Positions 24,136 to 37,482 of a stretch of 64,000 bases of DNA are shown here, piece by piece. Origin of the DNA: Chiloscyllium plagiosum (Eukaryota); contig NC_057755.1 in NCBI RefSeq assembly GCF_004010195.1, forward strand, positions 3,743,462-3,807,461, given 5' to 3'. The notes beneath the pieces are model-generated. The model worked only from the letters and a program-made list of their open reading frames with translations. It was not told where the DNA came from and searched no databases. Made by a program: the position numbers and the translations under genes. Position 1 is the first letter of the stretch. Every line of letters begins with the position of its first letter.

Positions 24136-25454
24136 TATTTTCAAAGAGTGAAAGAAACTTTATTTTGAGTTCAAAACAGAAACCTTTGAATTCCAAATAA
24201 TCGGGAAAACCTTACTTTTATGTTTTAAAAGAGCAGATTGTTTACTGTGAAATAATATATGAATAACCACATTTCAACACCTGTACTGCAATTTAGAGAT
24301 GACTGATGTAGCAGTAATGGAAGAACAAAGCATCATTATCTTCATCCTCACGGTCGCAATCATTATTTCAGTATCAATATTGATTGCCACACAGTGGAAA
24401 AAAATCTCGTAGAAAGGATCATTCACTAGTATCGAGGGAACTTTGACCAGCAATCGTCTTCCTAATATCGATACAATTGAAAACGACAGCTGCAACATGC
24501 ATGCAGTAACAGGTACAGGCACCACACCTTGTTATTGAACATTGTATTTTCTGGAGATTTTATCTAGTTTCTTTGAATTCAACCAAGTTCCGTTCATGCA
24601 CATTTGCAGACGTTGCTGTATTTAATTCTGAACTTGTGATATTTCACGTCCAAAAGAAAGATTATTGTTGAAAACTCTTTTTGTGCTTGATGCACTCTCT
24701 GACTCTGTTCAATTTCTGACAGAAAGACACACACCACAACACGTGAGTTGCATTGCCAAGCTTTGTGCCAGTTGTTTACATGTCATTTTCAATCCAGAGG
24801 AAAGTCATGGAAGAATATACTTTTTTATTATTTTGGGATTTTCTAGATATGGTTGAATCAGAAAGACAAATCATCCTCGCAGATGGGTTTTGAATGACTA
24901 GAAATCATAATCCTTCCTTCCCAAATTCCCTTCCCACACGAGAAAGGGCCCGCTAAATATGTGCATGCACCATTTAAAAAAACCACTTAGCGAGTTGGTG
25001 ATGATGTCAGAAAACATAGGTTTTAAGCATCAAGGTCAAATTTGATATTTTCTTAATTTATTTGCATGCACCCTTGAATTAGTCTGATTTGTCTACATTG
25101 AGAGTTGCCATTTGATTTTATTGAAACTTTTTATTCATTTCTCATGTTCATTATCGTTTTAGCATTTATTGAAAGAATGGTGAACAGTCTTCTCACAATC
25201 TCTGGATGTGAAGGTTCTCTATCCATGAGAGGAAGCCGCGCTGCACCCTGGGAGAGGTGGAGACGCAATGGTGGTCTGCATCGTGATGTCACTCAATGTG
25301 ACTGAGCTCATTGGGGACTGGAGGTTCCCTGCTTCACGTCTCTCTTTATCGGTATTTCTGATTTGGTGAGTTACAGCACAGGAATAGGTCCTTCCATCCA
25401 CCAAAACTGACGCCTTTCTAAACTAAATAACTTATGCCTTCACGCAATCCATAT

Positions 25455-26075
25455 CTCTCTGTCTCTCACCCTGTCTCCCTCGGCTCTGTCTCTCTCTCCC
25501 TCCCTATCTCTTTTTTCCTGTCTCTGTCTCTTTGCCTCTTTCTCCCTACCTCTCTCTTTAAGTCTGTTACTATTCCTATTTGTCTTTTTGCCCTCTGCAC
25601 ATTCTGAAATTGACACCCCTCAAACAATATCCTCCCCAACTCTGCCTCTCAGTTTTTTCACTCGCAAATGTTTTCATATCCTACAATGGAGATTCCCATA
25701 ACATTTGTAGTTCCGCAAACTTGCACCCTCAAATTTTGATCTCTCCCACAACTGTCAACCACTCAAAAATGTTCACCCTCAGCATTCCTGATATTTTGCC
25801 TCTTCATCTGCCCCACAAATTCTGTCTCTCACAAATGTTGCCCCCTCAAATCTTGATTGTTCACAAATGTTCACCAGCAACCAAAATTTGCAGCAGCCCA
25901 AGTGAACACCCTTCCAATACTTGCCCTGTCAAAAATTGTCTCCCATCTTTGGATCCCCCTCCCACCTTATATTTAAACATTTGTTCCCTAAGTTTTGACC
26001 CCATGAAATTATGTGGAACATGAATTTTGTGACTGTCACCTCCAAATTTGCCCTCCCTCAAAAATTGTTCCAAAC
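25455..26075. repeat. CT-rich tract followed by a degenerate minisatellite (cccctcaaaatttg-like, about 20 bp)
   Basis: Direct reading; the ORF at 25580-26023 is low-complexity. Confidence 0.7.
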
Positions 26076-27671
26076 TGTGATGTTTGCCTGATCACATAAA
26101 CATGTCTGTACTGAAACAATAATCTCTTCTTTTCTCAAACTCTCAATTATCCCACAGGGAATAGACCACACATTCTGATAGAGACCCCAATGTTATTTTT
26201 TGAGTTAAATTCCTGCCCAAACTCAGCGTCTGATGAATCTTCACATCTAACCACCCTATCAACTCACCTTGTCTTTATCCACATAGACATAACTTTCTTA
26301 TACCTCATCATTAATCTTTGGATTTTTCAACTTCCCTGTATTCGAACACTTCTTCGCCTCTGTATTTTTGAAAAAGTCATTCTTACTGGCTTGTCCCCAG
26401 TGGCCTGTTTGCTCTGATGATTTTATTGCTATAGTGATTTGATTCTACTATCCTTTCTGTCACACGCTGGCTACACAATGTACCTTCTATTATTAACTCC
26501 TCCTTCTTCTTAACTCACCAAATCTCTTCTCTTGTGAGCATTTTAAAGCTCTTGTGAAATCTCTAGTTATGGCACCTAGCAGGACACTTAACTAAGGGAA
26601 GGTCACGTGATCAGAGTCCAACAGCAACGATCCTTCTGTCTGCTTCAATTGGAAACAATTTCCTACGCCAGTCTTTGCAACAGGAATTAAAAACTTTGAT
26701 CCTATTTACCCCATGTCTATGTATTTGTACTTCGTTAGTAATCAGGAGATTATGACACTCTGGCGTTCTTTTTTCATTTTAATCGCTAGTTGTTCTTACC
26801 TTACAGCTTATCACTGTTATTGATTTCAAATATATATCTATAGGCTGAGGAAGACATTGCATCGAGTTCCTTCACATCCCACTCCAAATTAATCACAAGG
26901 GTGGTGTCTTGATGAGAGGCATCTGGGAGGAAAGATTGCCTTTGAGACGCATGTTCGGGCACATGATGCAATAATGATGCCCTTAGCTGTCATGTCACTC
27001 ACGACCACAGCATTCCCTTTTAAATATTTAGCTTTAATGGCTATTTAGTTCCCTCAAACTCAACCTCTCGTTTCGCTAAAAAGGCGTATTCGCCGATAAC
27101 ATTGAAAATTGCGGGGCTCACACTTAACACTGCTGCTGCCTGTGTCTCACAAACTATTTGATCGCACTAACTTCCTGACCATGAAACGAATATGAAGTGC
27201 CTCTGGAACGGGGCATCAAAGCTAAATGGACCTGTGAATGCAGGTTACCCTTCCTGAGCACAGGGCATTGTCCGAAATCTGATTCAAAATCATTACCACG
27301 CCGCAGAGATTGCCTCCAGATGTTTCTGTGGATTGCACAAGTTCATGCACTCTATAGTTGCAACACATCACCCACCCTGAATTTTTCATGATATTTTTAT
27401 TCAACTGATTAACTCTCAACAACGGAAACGTTATTTATTTGAATTCCTTGAGTTAATAATCATCTTGAACATTACAAAATGTACCTTTTTATTGACAACT
27501 GCATTGGTTGTTAAATAACTTGAACGATACATTTAATATAACACTGACGTTTCACCAGTACCAGTTCAGTCTACAGTCTCTCATTCAAAGCGGGATGCCT
27601 TCAATCTCAATGAATGGGCACGTCACTGCACAATCACTGAGCTGAAATACTCTGCATCCAGTGTAGCTGCA

Positions 27672-27765
27672 GGGCTCTTGTGATGCAATGGCAGCGTCGG
27701 CATCTCTGAGCCAGATTGATCAAGACCCACCTGCTCCAGCGGTGTGTTGTAACACAAAACCTGAT
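27672..27765 (+). mobile_element. Short tRNA-derived SINE remnant
   Basis: ggctcttgtgatgcaatggcagc (A-box-like) ... tcaagaccc (B-box-like). Confidence 0.5.
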
Positions 27766-27839
27766 TTTCTGCAATGTAGAAGCCTGGTTATGCAGCAAAG
27801 TTTCAACTGCTGCTGGAGCCTCCAGTCAGCTGCGATTAT

Positions 27840-28692
27840 AACGTGGATCTTGATCAGATGGGCCAATGGGCTGAGAAGTGACATATAGAGTTTAATTGAG
27901 ATAACTGCGAGGTGTTGCATTTTGGGAAAGCAAGTCTTAGCAGGACCTATACACTTAATGATTAGGTCCTAGGGAATGAACAAAGAGACCTTGGAGTGCA
28001 GGGTCGTAATGCGTTCAAAGTGGAGTCGCAAATAGATAGGATAGTGAAGAAGGCGTTTGGTATACTTTCGTTTATTGATCAGAGTATTGAGTATAGGGGT
28101 TGGGAGGTCATGTTGCAGCTGTACAGGACATTGGTTAGACCGCTGTTGGAATATTGCGTGCAATTCTGGTCTCCTTCCTATTGGAAGGATGTTGCAAAAC
28201 TTGAAAGGGTTCAGAAAAGATTTACAAGGATGTTGCCAGGGTTGGAGGATTTGAGCTCTAAGGAGAGTTTGAATAGGCTGGGGCTGTTTTCCTTGGAGTG
28301 TCGGAGACTGAGGGGTGACCTTATAGAGGTTTATAAAATCATGAGGGGCTTGGATTGAATCAATAAACAAAGTCTATTCCCTGGGGTGAGGAAGTATAGA
28401 ACTAGAAGGCATAGGTTTGCGGTGAGAGGGGGAAGATATAAAAGGGAGCTAATGGCCAACGTCTTCACACAGAGGGTGGTACGTATATGGAATTAGCTGC
28501 CAGAGAAAGTGGTCAAGGTGAGTACAATTGCAACATTTAAAATGAATCTGGATGAGTATATGAATGGGAAGGGTTTGGAGGGATATGGGTCGGGTGCTGG
28601 CAGTTGGGACTAGATTGGGTTGGGATATCTGGTCGGCATTGACGAGTTGGACCAAAGGGTCTGTTTCCGTGCTGTACATCTCTATGACTCTA
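27840..28692 (+). mobile_element. Relatively young CR1/HER1 LINE 3' fragment
   Basis: 120-aa open frame LYRTLVRPLLEYCVQFWSP...LERVQKRFTRMLPGL...RRLRGDLIEVYKIMRGLD; tail ctctatgactcta. Confidence 0.92.
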
Positions 28693-28971
28693 ACACCTCT
28701 TTTGAGAAAGAAGGGAAGACGATAAGTTGATTTCCGGATAATTGTCACTGCCTCAAAATCTCGATTAAACAAGCTTGTTCGATTAGGTCAGTTTTTCAGA
28801 TCAAACTTGTCTAACTTCTCATCTAAAACATCACTTAGGAAAAACATAGTTCTGATATCTCATGTATCCCACAGCTTTGGATATCATCTGCATTCTTGTC
28901 TTATTGTCCGTGTGCTTCCTTTGTAGAAAGTATGGCAGCATAGATTTGAGCGTAACATGGCTCAAATGACT

Positions 28972-29287
28972 GGTGTGCTAGCTCGGTGGTTAACATTGCT
29001 ATTTCACAGCCCGCGGGTCCAGGGTTCGATTCCAGTCTCTCAGCGACTTTGTGGAGTTTGCACATTCGCCCCATGTTCCCTTTGGTTGTTCTGGTTTTAT
29101 CCCACATGCCGAAGATGGGCTGATGTAGTTGAATTGGCCATGCTAAATTGGACATAGTGTTCAGGCGTGTAGGTTAATTGTATTAGTCATGGGAAATGCA
29201 AAATAATAGGGGAGGGGAAGGGTTCTGGATGAAATCCCCTTTGTTGGGTAGAATGCCCTGTTTCCACACTGTAGGGATTATTTGAGA
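28972..29287 (+). mobile_element. HE1-type SINE
   Basis: ggttcgattcc B box, gtggagtttgcacatt core, cctgtttccacactgtagggatt tail. Confidence 0.82.
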
Positions 29288-30369
29288 TTAGCAGCACTGT
29301 AACTGTGGAGCTTTTTTTTCTCTCATTCACAGGGAGAGAGAGATGCTCCAAAATCTTGGTCAAGCTGACTATAGTTAACGAATAGTCGGGGAGTTAAAAG
29401 AGGAATGCAAGGTCGATTGATGGAGCTTTGTCACAAGGATATTATGGAGGTTGGAGTCCTAAACACTAGGCTGTTTCCTAACAAAACTCGTGAATTCTCA
29501 AGCCAAACTTGGAGGAGTATACCTGGCTTAGAGGTTTCATTCGTCAGATGAGATTAAAGAATTGGATGAACAAGGATTCAAAAACACGGATCACAATTTT
29601 GAAAGCTGGAATTTGTTGGAAGTGCAATAAAACACAGCTCAGAAAACTGAGTGATGATTAGTGAACTTCTTTAGGGAGAGCTAACATTGTGATAAACACT
29701 AGAAAAGGTGATTTCATGTTCATGGAGAGAGGAATGTGCTCGTCTAATTTGACTGGAGGAGCAAGACAAACTATGTGAATGGTGGCTTCTTACGCTGATG
29801 AAATAACACAAGGCCAATCCTGGACGAGGTTGTGAAAATGTACGAAGGCAGTTCCAAAAAGATGTGAAATATGTGAGTGAGTTGGTCAGAAACCAATCTG
29901 TAATTGGCACATGATACAAAGCTTCCAAACGTTCAGACATGTTTTCCAGTGAGTCGATTGGAGCCAGTATCTGGGTATTCAAATTTTGAGTGAATGCGAA
30001 AGTTATGTAATGTCCTGTAATCAGTTGCCAAATATTTAATTAGCATAAATATTTGCTCTGCCAGTACGTAATTGTCGTTAAGAAATCTGAGTGTTAGGAA
30101 GATTTCAGGAGACCAGAGAAGTGTCAGGGAGTTAGATGTTTACGTTGCTTATGCAAATATTGAAACTTTTAATTTGTTGCTGAAGTCTCTGAGGAGTCAG
30201 TAACTACATGTGGAAAAGGACATGATGAAAGAACAATCGTCAAGACCAATAGCTGAATAATAAGAAAAGAATGGATTGCAAGAGAATGTCGAGAGGAATT
30301 GAGACTAAGTACAAATTGTGAATTCGTTGGATGACAGAGGAATCATTTCGCAACAGACTCGTCATGTGA

Positions 30370-30890
30370 TGTTTTAGCTTTCATTAGCTGGAGGATTGAG
30401 TTTAAGAGCCGCGAAGTTATGCTGCAGCTCTATAAACTCCTGGTTAGACCACATTCGGAATATCGCATTCAGTTCTGGTCGTCTCATTACAGAAAGGATT
30501 TGGAAGAGTGAGAAAGGGTGCAGAGATTTTCCAGGATTCTGCCTGGACTGGAAGGCATGTCTTATGAGGGAAGGTTGAGGGAGCTGGGAATTTTCTCAAA
30601 GAAGGATGAGAGGTGACATGATAAATGTGTACAAGATGATGAGAAGCACAGGTACAGTGGATAGCGAGAGATGTAAACTAGGGCTGAAATGGCTATCAGG
30701 AGTGGGCATTATTTTAAGGTGATTGGAGGAAGGTTTTGTGAAGATGTCAGAGAGGAGTGGGTGCGTGGAACTTACTACCAGCAGTGGTGGTAGAGTCAGA
30801 TACCTTAAGGACACTTAACTGACCCTTGGATAGGATAAAAGGTTCAAAGGGCATTATTGTGCTGTGATGTTTTATGCTCAACGTTCTATT
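30370..30890 (+). mobile_element. CR1-type LINE 3' fragment
   Basis: atgctgcagctctataaactcctggttagaccacat...gttctggtc. Confidence 0.82.
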
Positions 30891-31599
30891 CAACCACGTA
30901 CAAAGCAGTGGTAAGGTTTAGAAGGTTAAACATGGAAAGTCTACCTTTGACCACAAACAAACTGTAATTTGCAAAGGATATGACTTGAGAGGAACAATTT
31001 TGCTACTTTATCAAATGTGCAAAATTGACTAGGGACATTCAAAGTGGGGATGAATCTCTGTAAAAGCAGACAAGTGTTATAGACAGAGTTCACATTTTCC
31101 AGATTAAAATTGTAGTTTGAATGCCGGGCATCAATTTTTAAGAATGATCAAGATGCAGTTCAGACACTGTATTAGGGAACATTAGATGAAATAGCAGAGC
31201 GAGGTAGTGTGAGGACATGAGAATTAATCCAGTGGAGGTGGGAGTGTATATGTCATAGTTTGACTTTCTTTCGGTATTCTCAATATCACAGTGTGTCCTA
31301 TCTCCACTGTCCTTTTGGGTTTTCAAATCCAAGCATCTGTGTAAACCCCATTGTGAATAATCTTACAACCTTTTCCAGTTCCAGGACACTTATTAAGTCC
31401 CAGTTAAGTTGTTTGTGATGAGCCAACGCTATCATGTAAGAGTTACACCTCTGACGTGCATCTATTGTTTGCTTAAATTGACATAGCTAAATGCAATCGG
31501 TGCACTGTTCCCATAAGAGTTAAAATTCCTGCTGAGTAGGTTTGAGGTTAATGTTAAGTTCACGGATAGGGAAAACGAGAGCTTGTCTCTGAGTTGCTC

Positions 31600-32122
31600 T
31601 CACTTCTTTTGTTTATTTATTAATTGAATAACTCTCGTAAATTGATATTTCACTGCACTCTTCATCTCATTTCTGAATTTCTCCTGTGTTGCCACATAAA
31701 TGAATGTGTTTGTGCAGCAACTTAAGGTCCGCAGCATCCAGCCAGCTCTTTGAACTTTATAAAATGCATCATTGTGAACATTGCCTGTGAGGGAATAGAA
31801 GACATTTATAACATAGAGCAGCCATGGAATTATGAAGCTGCCTGATATTGTGAAGAGCAAAACCATAGATTTTCTTCAACTCTCCATCTCTGGGTCATTG
31901 ATATTTATCCTTTTGTTCTGCCTGCTCAGTCCCAATCGGAATTGACTTACCACCAAAATATATCGGACCGTCAGAGCATTCAGCAACAAGATGGAAAGAA
32001 ATGGGAGTAATGGGGTAAATATCAAATCAAACCAATCAAATCCTACACAACCAGGATCGGTATCAGAACCACGGCACATTGTTGACTATCTTTCCAGGTT
32101 CAAACGTAAAGTAGAAGGGGAT
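31600..32122 (-). pseudogene. Truncated GPR139-like paralog (TM4 end to C-terminus)
   Basis: Minus strand reads IPFYFTFEPGKIVNNVPWF, then a frameshift/deletion, then TDPGCVGFDWFDLIFTPLLPFLSILLLNALTVRYIL...NDPEMES*RKSMVLLFTISGSF...LSCCTNTFIY...AVKYQF. Collinear with the protein at 10539-11417; in-frame TGA at 31876-31878; 5' half absent. Confidence 0.9.
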
Positions 32123-34197
32123 AAAAGGGTTGCAATAGTAGTTTGGAAAACTGACCACTACACCATTGAAGTCAGGCGCCAAATTGAAGACACGTCCTCC
32201 TACCGCCCCCTCGACAATACCCCACCCCACCCATTACCAAACCATCATCTCCCAGACCATACACAAGCTCATCACCTCAGGAGATCTCCCACCCACAGCT
32301 TCCAACCTCATAGTTCGGGAACCCCGCACCACCCGATTCTACTGCCTTCCCAATATCCACATACCTGACCACCCCACCGACCAATTGTATCAGCCTACTC
32401 CTGCCCCACCGAACTCATCTCCACCTACCTCGATACTGTCCTATTCTCCCAGTCCAGGAACTCCTCACATACGTTCGAGACACCACCCACGCACTCCACC
32501 TCCTCCAAGACTTACATTTCCTCGACCCCCAATGCCTCATCTTCACCATGGACATCCAATCCCTCTACACCTCTATCCGCCATGACCAGAGCCTCCAAGC
32601 CCTCCGTTTCTTCCTCTCCCAACGTCCCCAGCAGTGCCCTTTCACTGACACTCTCATTCGTTTGGCTGAACTGGTCCTCACCCTCAACAATACTCCTTTG
32701 AATCCTCCCACTTCCTCCAGATGAAAGTGGTAGCCATGGGCACCCGCATGGACTCCAGCTGTGCCTATCTCTTTGTAGTCTACGTATAACAGTCCAACTT
32801 CCATAGATACACCGGCACCACTCCCTACCTCTTCATCTGCTATATTGATGACTGCATCCACGCCACCTCATGCTCCCACCAGGAGGTTGACCAGTTCATC
32901 AACTTCACCAACTCATTCCACCCCGACCTTAAACTCATCTGGACCATCTCTGACACCTCCCTCCCCTTCCTGGACCTCTCCATCTCCATCAATGACGACC
33001 GACCTAACACAGATATTTTTTACAAACCCACCAACACCAACAGCTACTTGAATTACACCTCTTTCCACCTACCTCCTGCAAAAATGTTATCCCCTATTTC
33101 CAATTCCTCCGCCTCCGCCGTGTCTGTTCCCACGAGGACCAGTTCCACCACAGAACACACCGGGTGGTCTCCTTCTTTAAAGACTAATTTCCCTTCCCAC
33201 ATGGTTGAAGATGCCCTCCAATGCATCGCATCCATGTCATACATCTCCGCCCTCAAACCGCACTCCTCCAATCGCAGCAAGGACAGAACCCCTCGATCCT
33301 CACCTTCCCCCTATCAAACTCCGCATAAACAGTATCATCCGGCAACATTTCCGCCAACGACAAATGGACACCACCACTACGGATATATTTCCCTCCCCAC
33401 CCCTTTCCACTTTCCGCAAAGACCGTTACCTCTGTGACTACCTGGTCAGGTCCATGGCCCTCTGACAACCCCCGGCCCCAGCACCTTCACCTGCCACCGC
33501 AGAAATTGCAAAGACTGGGTCCACGCCTCCCTCCTCCACCTCCATTCAAGGCCCGAAAGGAGCCTTCCACATCCATCAATGTTTCAACTGCACATTTACC
33601 AATGTTATTTATTGTATCTGTTGCTCCCGATGCGGTCTCCTTTACATTGGGCAGACTGGACACCTCCTCGCAGAGCGCTTTAGGGAACATCTCCGGGACA
33701 CCCACACCAATCAAACCCACCGCCCCGTGGCCGAATATTTCAAACTCCCCCTCGCACTCTGCCGAGGGTATGCAGGTCCTGAGCCTCCTCCACCGCCACT
33801 CCCTCGCCACTTGACGCCTGCAGTAAGAATGCCTCATCTTCCACCTCAGAACTCTTCAACCCCAGGGCATCAATGTAGACTTCATCAATTTCCTCATTTC
33901 CCCTTCCAACACCTCACCCCAGTTTCGACTTGCCAGCTCAGCACCATCGTCATGACCTGTCCTACCTCCAATCTTCATTCCTACCTATCTGCTCCACCCT
34001 CCTCTCCGACCTATCCTCACCTCCATCCACCTATTGTACTCTTAGCTACCTTTTCCGCAGCTCCACCCCTCCCATTTATCTCTCTACCCTAACTACTCCC
34101 TGCGTCATTCCCGATGAAAGGCTTTTCCCGAAATTTTGTTTTTCCTGCTCCTCGGATGCTGCCTGGTTTGCTGTGCTTTTCCAACACCACTCTAATC
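32120..34197 (+). mobile_element. Penelope-like element, 5'-truncated (RT, GIY-YIG endonuclease, terminal repeat), frameshifted
   Basis: DKRVAIVVW, FYCLPNIHIP, RPIVSA, FTMDIQSLYTSI, VAMGTRM, YIDDCI, LPFLDLSISI; GIY-YIG NVIYCICCSRCGLLYIGQTGHLLAERFREH at about 33600-33690; terminal cctgctcctcggatgctgcct. Confidence 0.92.
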
Positions 34198-34329
34198 ATG
34201 ACATAGATTCATACAGCACAGAAACAGTGTTGGGTCCAACTTGTCCATGCCGACCAAATTTTCCAAACTAAAGTGACCCTTTCCAACATTATCTGGGCAT
34301 AGGTCTTTAATCTCTTTTGGTAGCCTGAC

Positions 34330-35425
34330 GGTGCATGACGTCTAACTCTGGGCCTCTCACAAAATATTTACTATTTGTTTCACGTACTTTTTAAAACACC
34401 ATTCTGATCGTGGTATGTAGGGGTATCGCAAGCTGCCAATGTCTTCACTGCTGTTAAACAGAAGAGTACTTTCCTCGACTCTTTGGAATTCAAAGGTCTC
34501 CCAACTCTCGAACTCAACATAAAGGTCGTTCAGTTCTGAAAATAAAGAATGACTTCCCTTGACTCTGTCCATCAGGGTAGGAACAACAAGGAATGAAAAT
34601 GTACAATAAACCTTCCTCTGTTCATTCAAAAAAGAAAGTAGGCAATCAAAAAAATCAATTTCCCCTCATTTCTGACCCCGTTGAGCACTCTCAGAATACG
34701 GATGATGAGGGTTTAAAATTCAGACAAAATGTCTTCTCATTGGAACAGAATAAATAAATTCGGGTCCCCTCACCCTGGGACAGACGGGTGTGCCAGGCGT
34801 TAAAATAAAAGTGTCCTTGATTCTTTCAATGAGTCCAAAATATCCTAGGTCTCTGACACAACAGGCAAGCACATGTCCCCCTCTCGGTTGACTTCCTCAG
34901 AGTCTCTCTGTACCCCACCACCCATTGTTCGCTCTGGCTGGAGAACACCTGGCTGATGGGCCAATTTCCGTTTGTCTGCCGGTGCCATCAGTTTCTCGCT
35001 TAAATCCTGGCTTTCATGTGGGGTATTTATCCGGTTAAATCATGGTTCAGACAAAATTCTGAGGATACCAGGCCGGTGAATTTGACTTCAGAGGAACCAA
35101 TGATCATTTCTTATCGAATGTCATCCAAGGATGGCAAGTGTTATTTAGTTCCTCCTTGAGACAAGTTAAAAAACTCTAACTGGAATGTTATGAATGAATT
35201 TGCCCAGATATCCCACAATATCAAAGCGATCAAAACACTTTGAACACAAGTTAGTACTAATGCAAAACAGTCTCAACGTTATTAGGAAACAAGGTACAAT
35301 ATCTTTTTCGATACAACAATACTATCTCCAATTCTAATCAGACCCTTAATCTTTCAATACTTCTCGAGTTTCTTGTAGATTTACGTGGCTACTCTCTTTT
35401 TCTCAGTCCCTGTGGAACTACAAAG

Positions 35426-35458
<33 letters not shown>

Positions 35459-35471
35459 ATTTCTCACTGTG

Positions 35472-35523
<52 letters not shown>

Positions 35524-35830
35524 GATGGTCAGTGGATATCTGCCTTACGCCATGCTAGTTTATTCAGAAGATTGGGCGATAGGTGATCCGTAATTTTATA
35601 TCTTTTAGATGGTTTTCCGGAACTCTCTACTTTTCTGACCAGTCAGGGAGACATGCTCAATAGTTTGAAACACTGTCAATCATTTGACTGGCCTACTACT
35701 ATTTGTTTCTTTGTGCAGAAGGATCCCTGCCTTTCTGTCTGTGCCGTTCTCTGATTGGTGGATAATTTGTTGGGGATACGTCTGCCCAATATAACTGCTG
35801 GCTTTTATATTATGCAAAAGACATTAGCAC
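34330..35830 (-). mobile_element. Possible degraded LTR element (LTR about 35140-35830 plus leader/gag remnant)
   Basis: On the minus strand, in order: CCAATCAG (35750), TATAAAA (about 35595), (AG)n, end ...TAACA at about 35142, then GC-richer leader-like DNA. No clean PBS or ORF. Confidence 0.3.
35428..35521. repeat. (CT)n microsatellite, two tracts
   Basis: Direct reading. Confidence 0.95.
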
Positions 35831-37482
35831 CCGGCTGTCCTGCTTGCACTGTGTCTTGATACTAAAGCTCATTCTATGAGATATGTTTGAGTTGAAGGGA
35901 TCAAAGAAAAACATCGGACCCCTGATTCAGGTCCACAACACCCTAAAAAAATCAAGACAATATATGGCATCTATTTATAAATATATCTCATCAGCATAGA
36001 CAACATTGACAGATGATGCCATTTTTGTACTTAAAATAGAAGACATCAGAAGCTTAAGTAATGACAATGAGATTAATCTCAATAGATAAGAAAGAAATTG
36101 GAATTCATATTAAAAGTAGAAGCTGAAATGCATGGAGATCCCATAATATAATGAAACATGAGTAGGCTGGGCACATATTCCAAAGGGAAGAATTACTCTT
36201 GATCGAACTACTTGGGCGAACTAAATAAATCCCATTCGATAAACAGTATATGGAACCACTGAAATTTAATTACCTTCTAAAGGTGTTTGATAAGGCACCA
36301 GTTAGCAGGCACATGAGCAAGGTCAGAGATTTGGATTCAAGATTGGATCGCAAACTAACAGTAAGAACAGCAAAGAGAAGGGGTTTACTCAGACTTGTGA
36401 AAATGATTAAAATGGATTCCAGAGGAATGTGCAGTGGACCAATCGCAGCCAATTTTCTGAGTGAACTGTCCCTTCGTTCACAAGCCAACTCACTGAAGTA
36501 AAGTCTAAGGTGACACATTCCCAAAGCCATTAGTTTATACTGTGTGGCCTCTATGGGGATATGAACTTCGCAATGTCGCTTGTTTTGTTTTATATCATAT
36601 TTTGAACAAAGAGATTACGACATTCAAGAAGTTATTTTTGTGAGATTTTTACCCGAATTTCAACGTGATTACCCCAAGGACATGGGACTTGGAAAGAAAT
36701 AAGTTCTTAATTTCCCATCTGAATTCACACTGTTACAACAGATTTTCCAACCGATGGAAACCCTCAACTCATGCCATTACCTTCGACTGGTCATTTCAGT
36801 GTTCAAGAAATATCGTGCATTAGATTGTGACCATTCTGTAATGAATGTCTGAACAATGGAATGCCAGAATAGGAGCTATGTAACGTGCTTCAAACCGTTA
36901 AATTGTATTATTCAGTACTTGTATTTCAGAGCTTTGAGCATAACTCTCAGGACTTTTCCACTCGCCTTTGGCATATAGTTGTCCTTGCGTGCTATCGATA
37001 CTAAATGTTGGGTTCCTCGCCACTGTGAAGGCTGCTTGAAATACCCGCAATATAGGTGCAGTGGTTGGGTTAAACCATTAATAAATTAAGTAATTGAATT
37101 CTGACTGATGCATTGTTTATCTCGCAGTGTCCTTCCACAATCGATAAGAGCATAAGATATTGGAACAGAAGCGGCCCATCCGGGCTGTACCTTCCAATGG
37201 TAAAATCACAAAGTTTCACCTGCAGGTTTAACTGTGTCCATTAGATGAATGACGAGGGTAGATTTCTGTTTCGTCTCGGCTTGCACAACTCAATTTACTG
37301 ACTGCCTTTACTCGATGCAGCAAGAGAAATTAATATTCTGACATGGCAGAAAACTTCACCAAGTTTTCTTTTGGTGCTTTGTTGAGTCAGCCATTATTTG
37401 TTTGTTTCTCTCTTTCGAAATCTGACAAAGGAACCACAGTGACTATCTTTAAACAACAGTGACTCAAGTCAGCAGGGGATGC

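Noticed and set aside
25219..25404. Ig constant-domain-like motif DGRTYSCAVTHQ in a minus ORF
   Set aside because: The underlying DNA (ggtggatggaaggacctattcctgtgctgta, preceded by tttagtttagaaaggc) is a CR1 3' UTR remnant; the first Cys/Trp of an Ig domain is absent.
29671..29982. Minus ORF with coiled-coil/L1 ORF1 flavour (QILAPIDSLENMSERLEAL)
   Set aside because: Too short and unspecific to support a call without a search.
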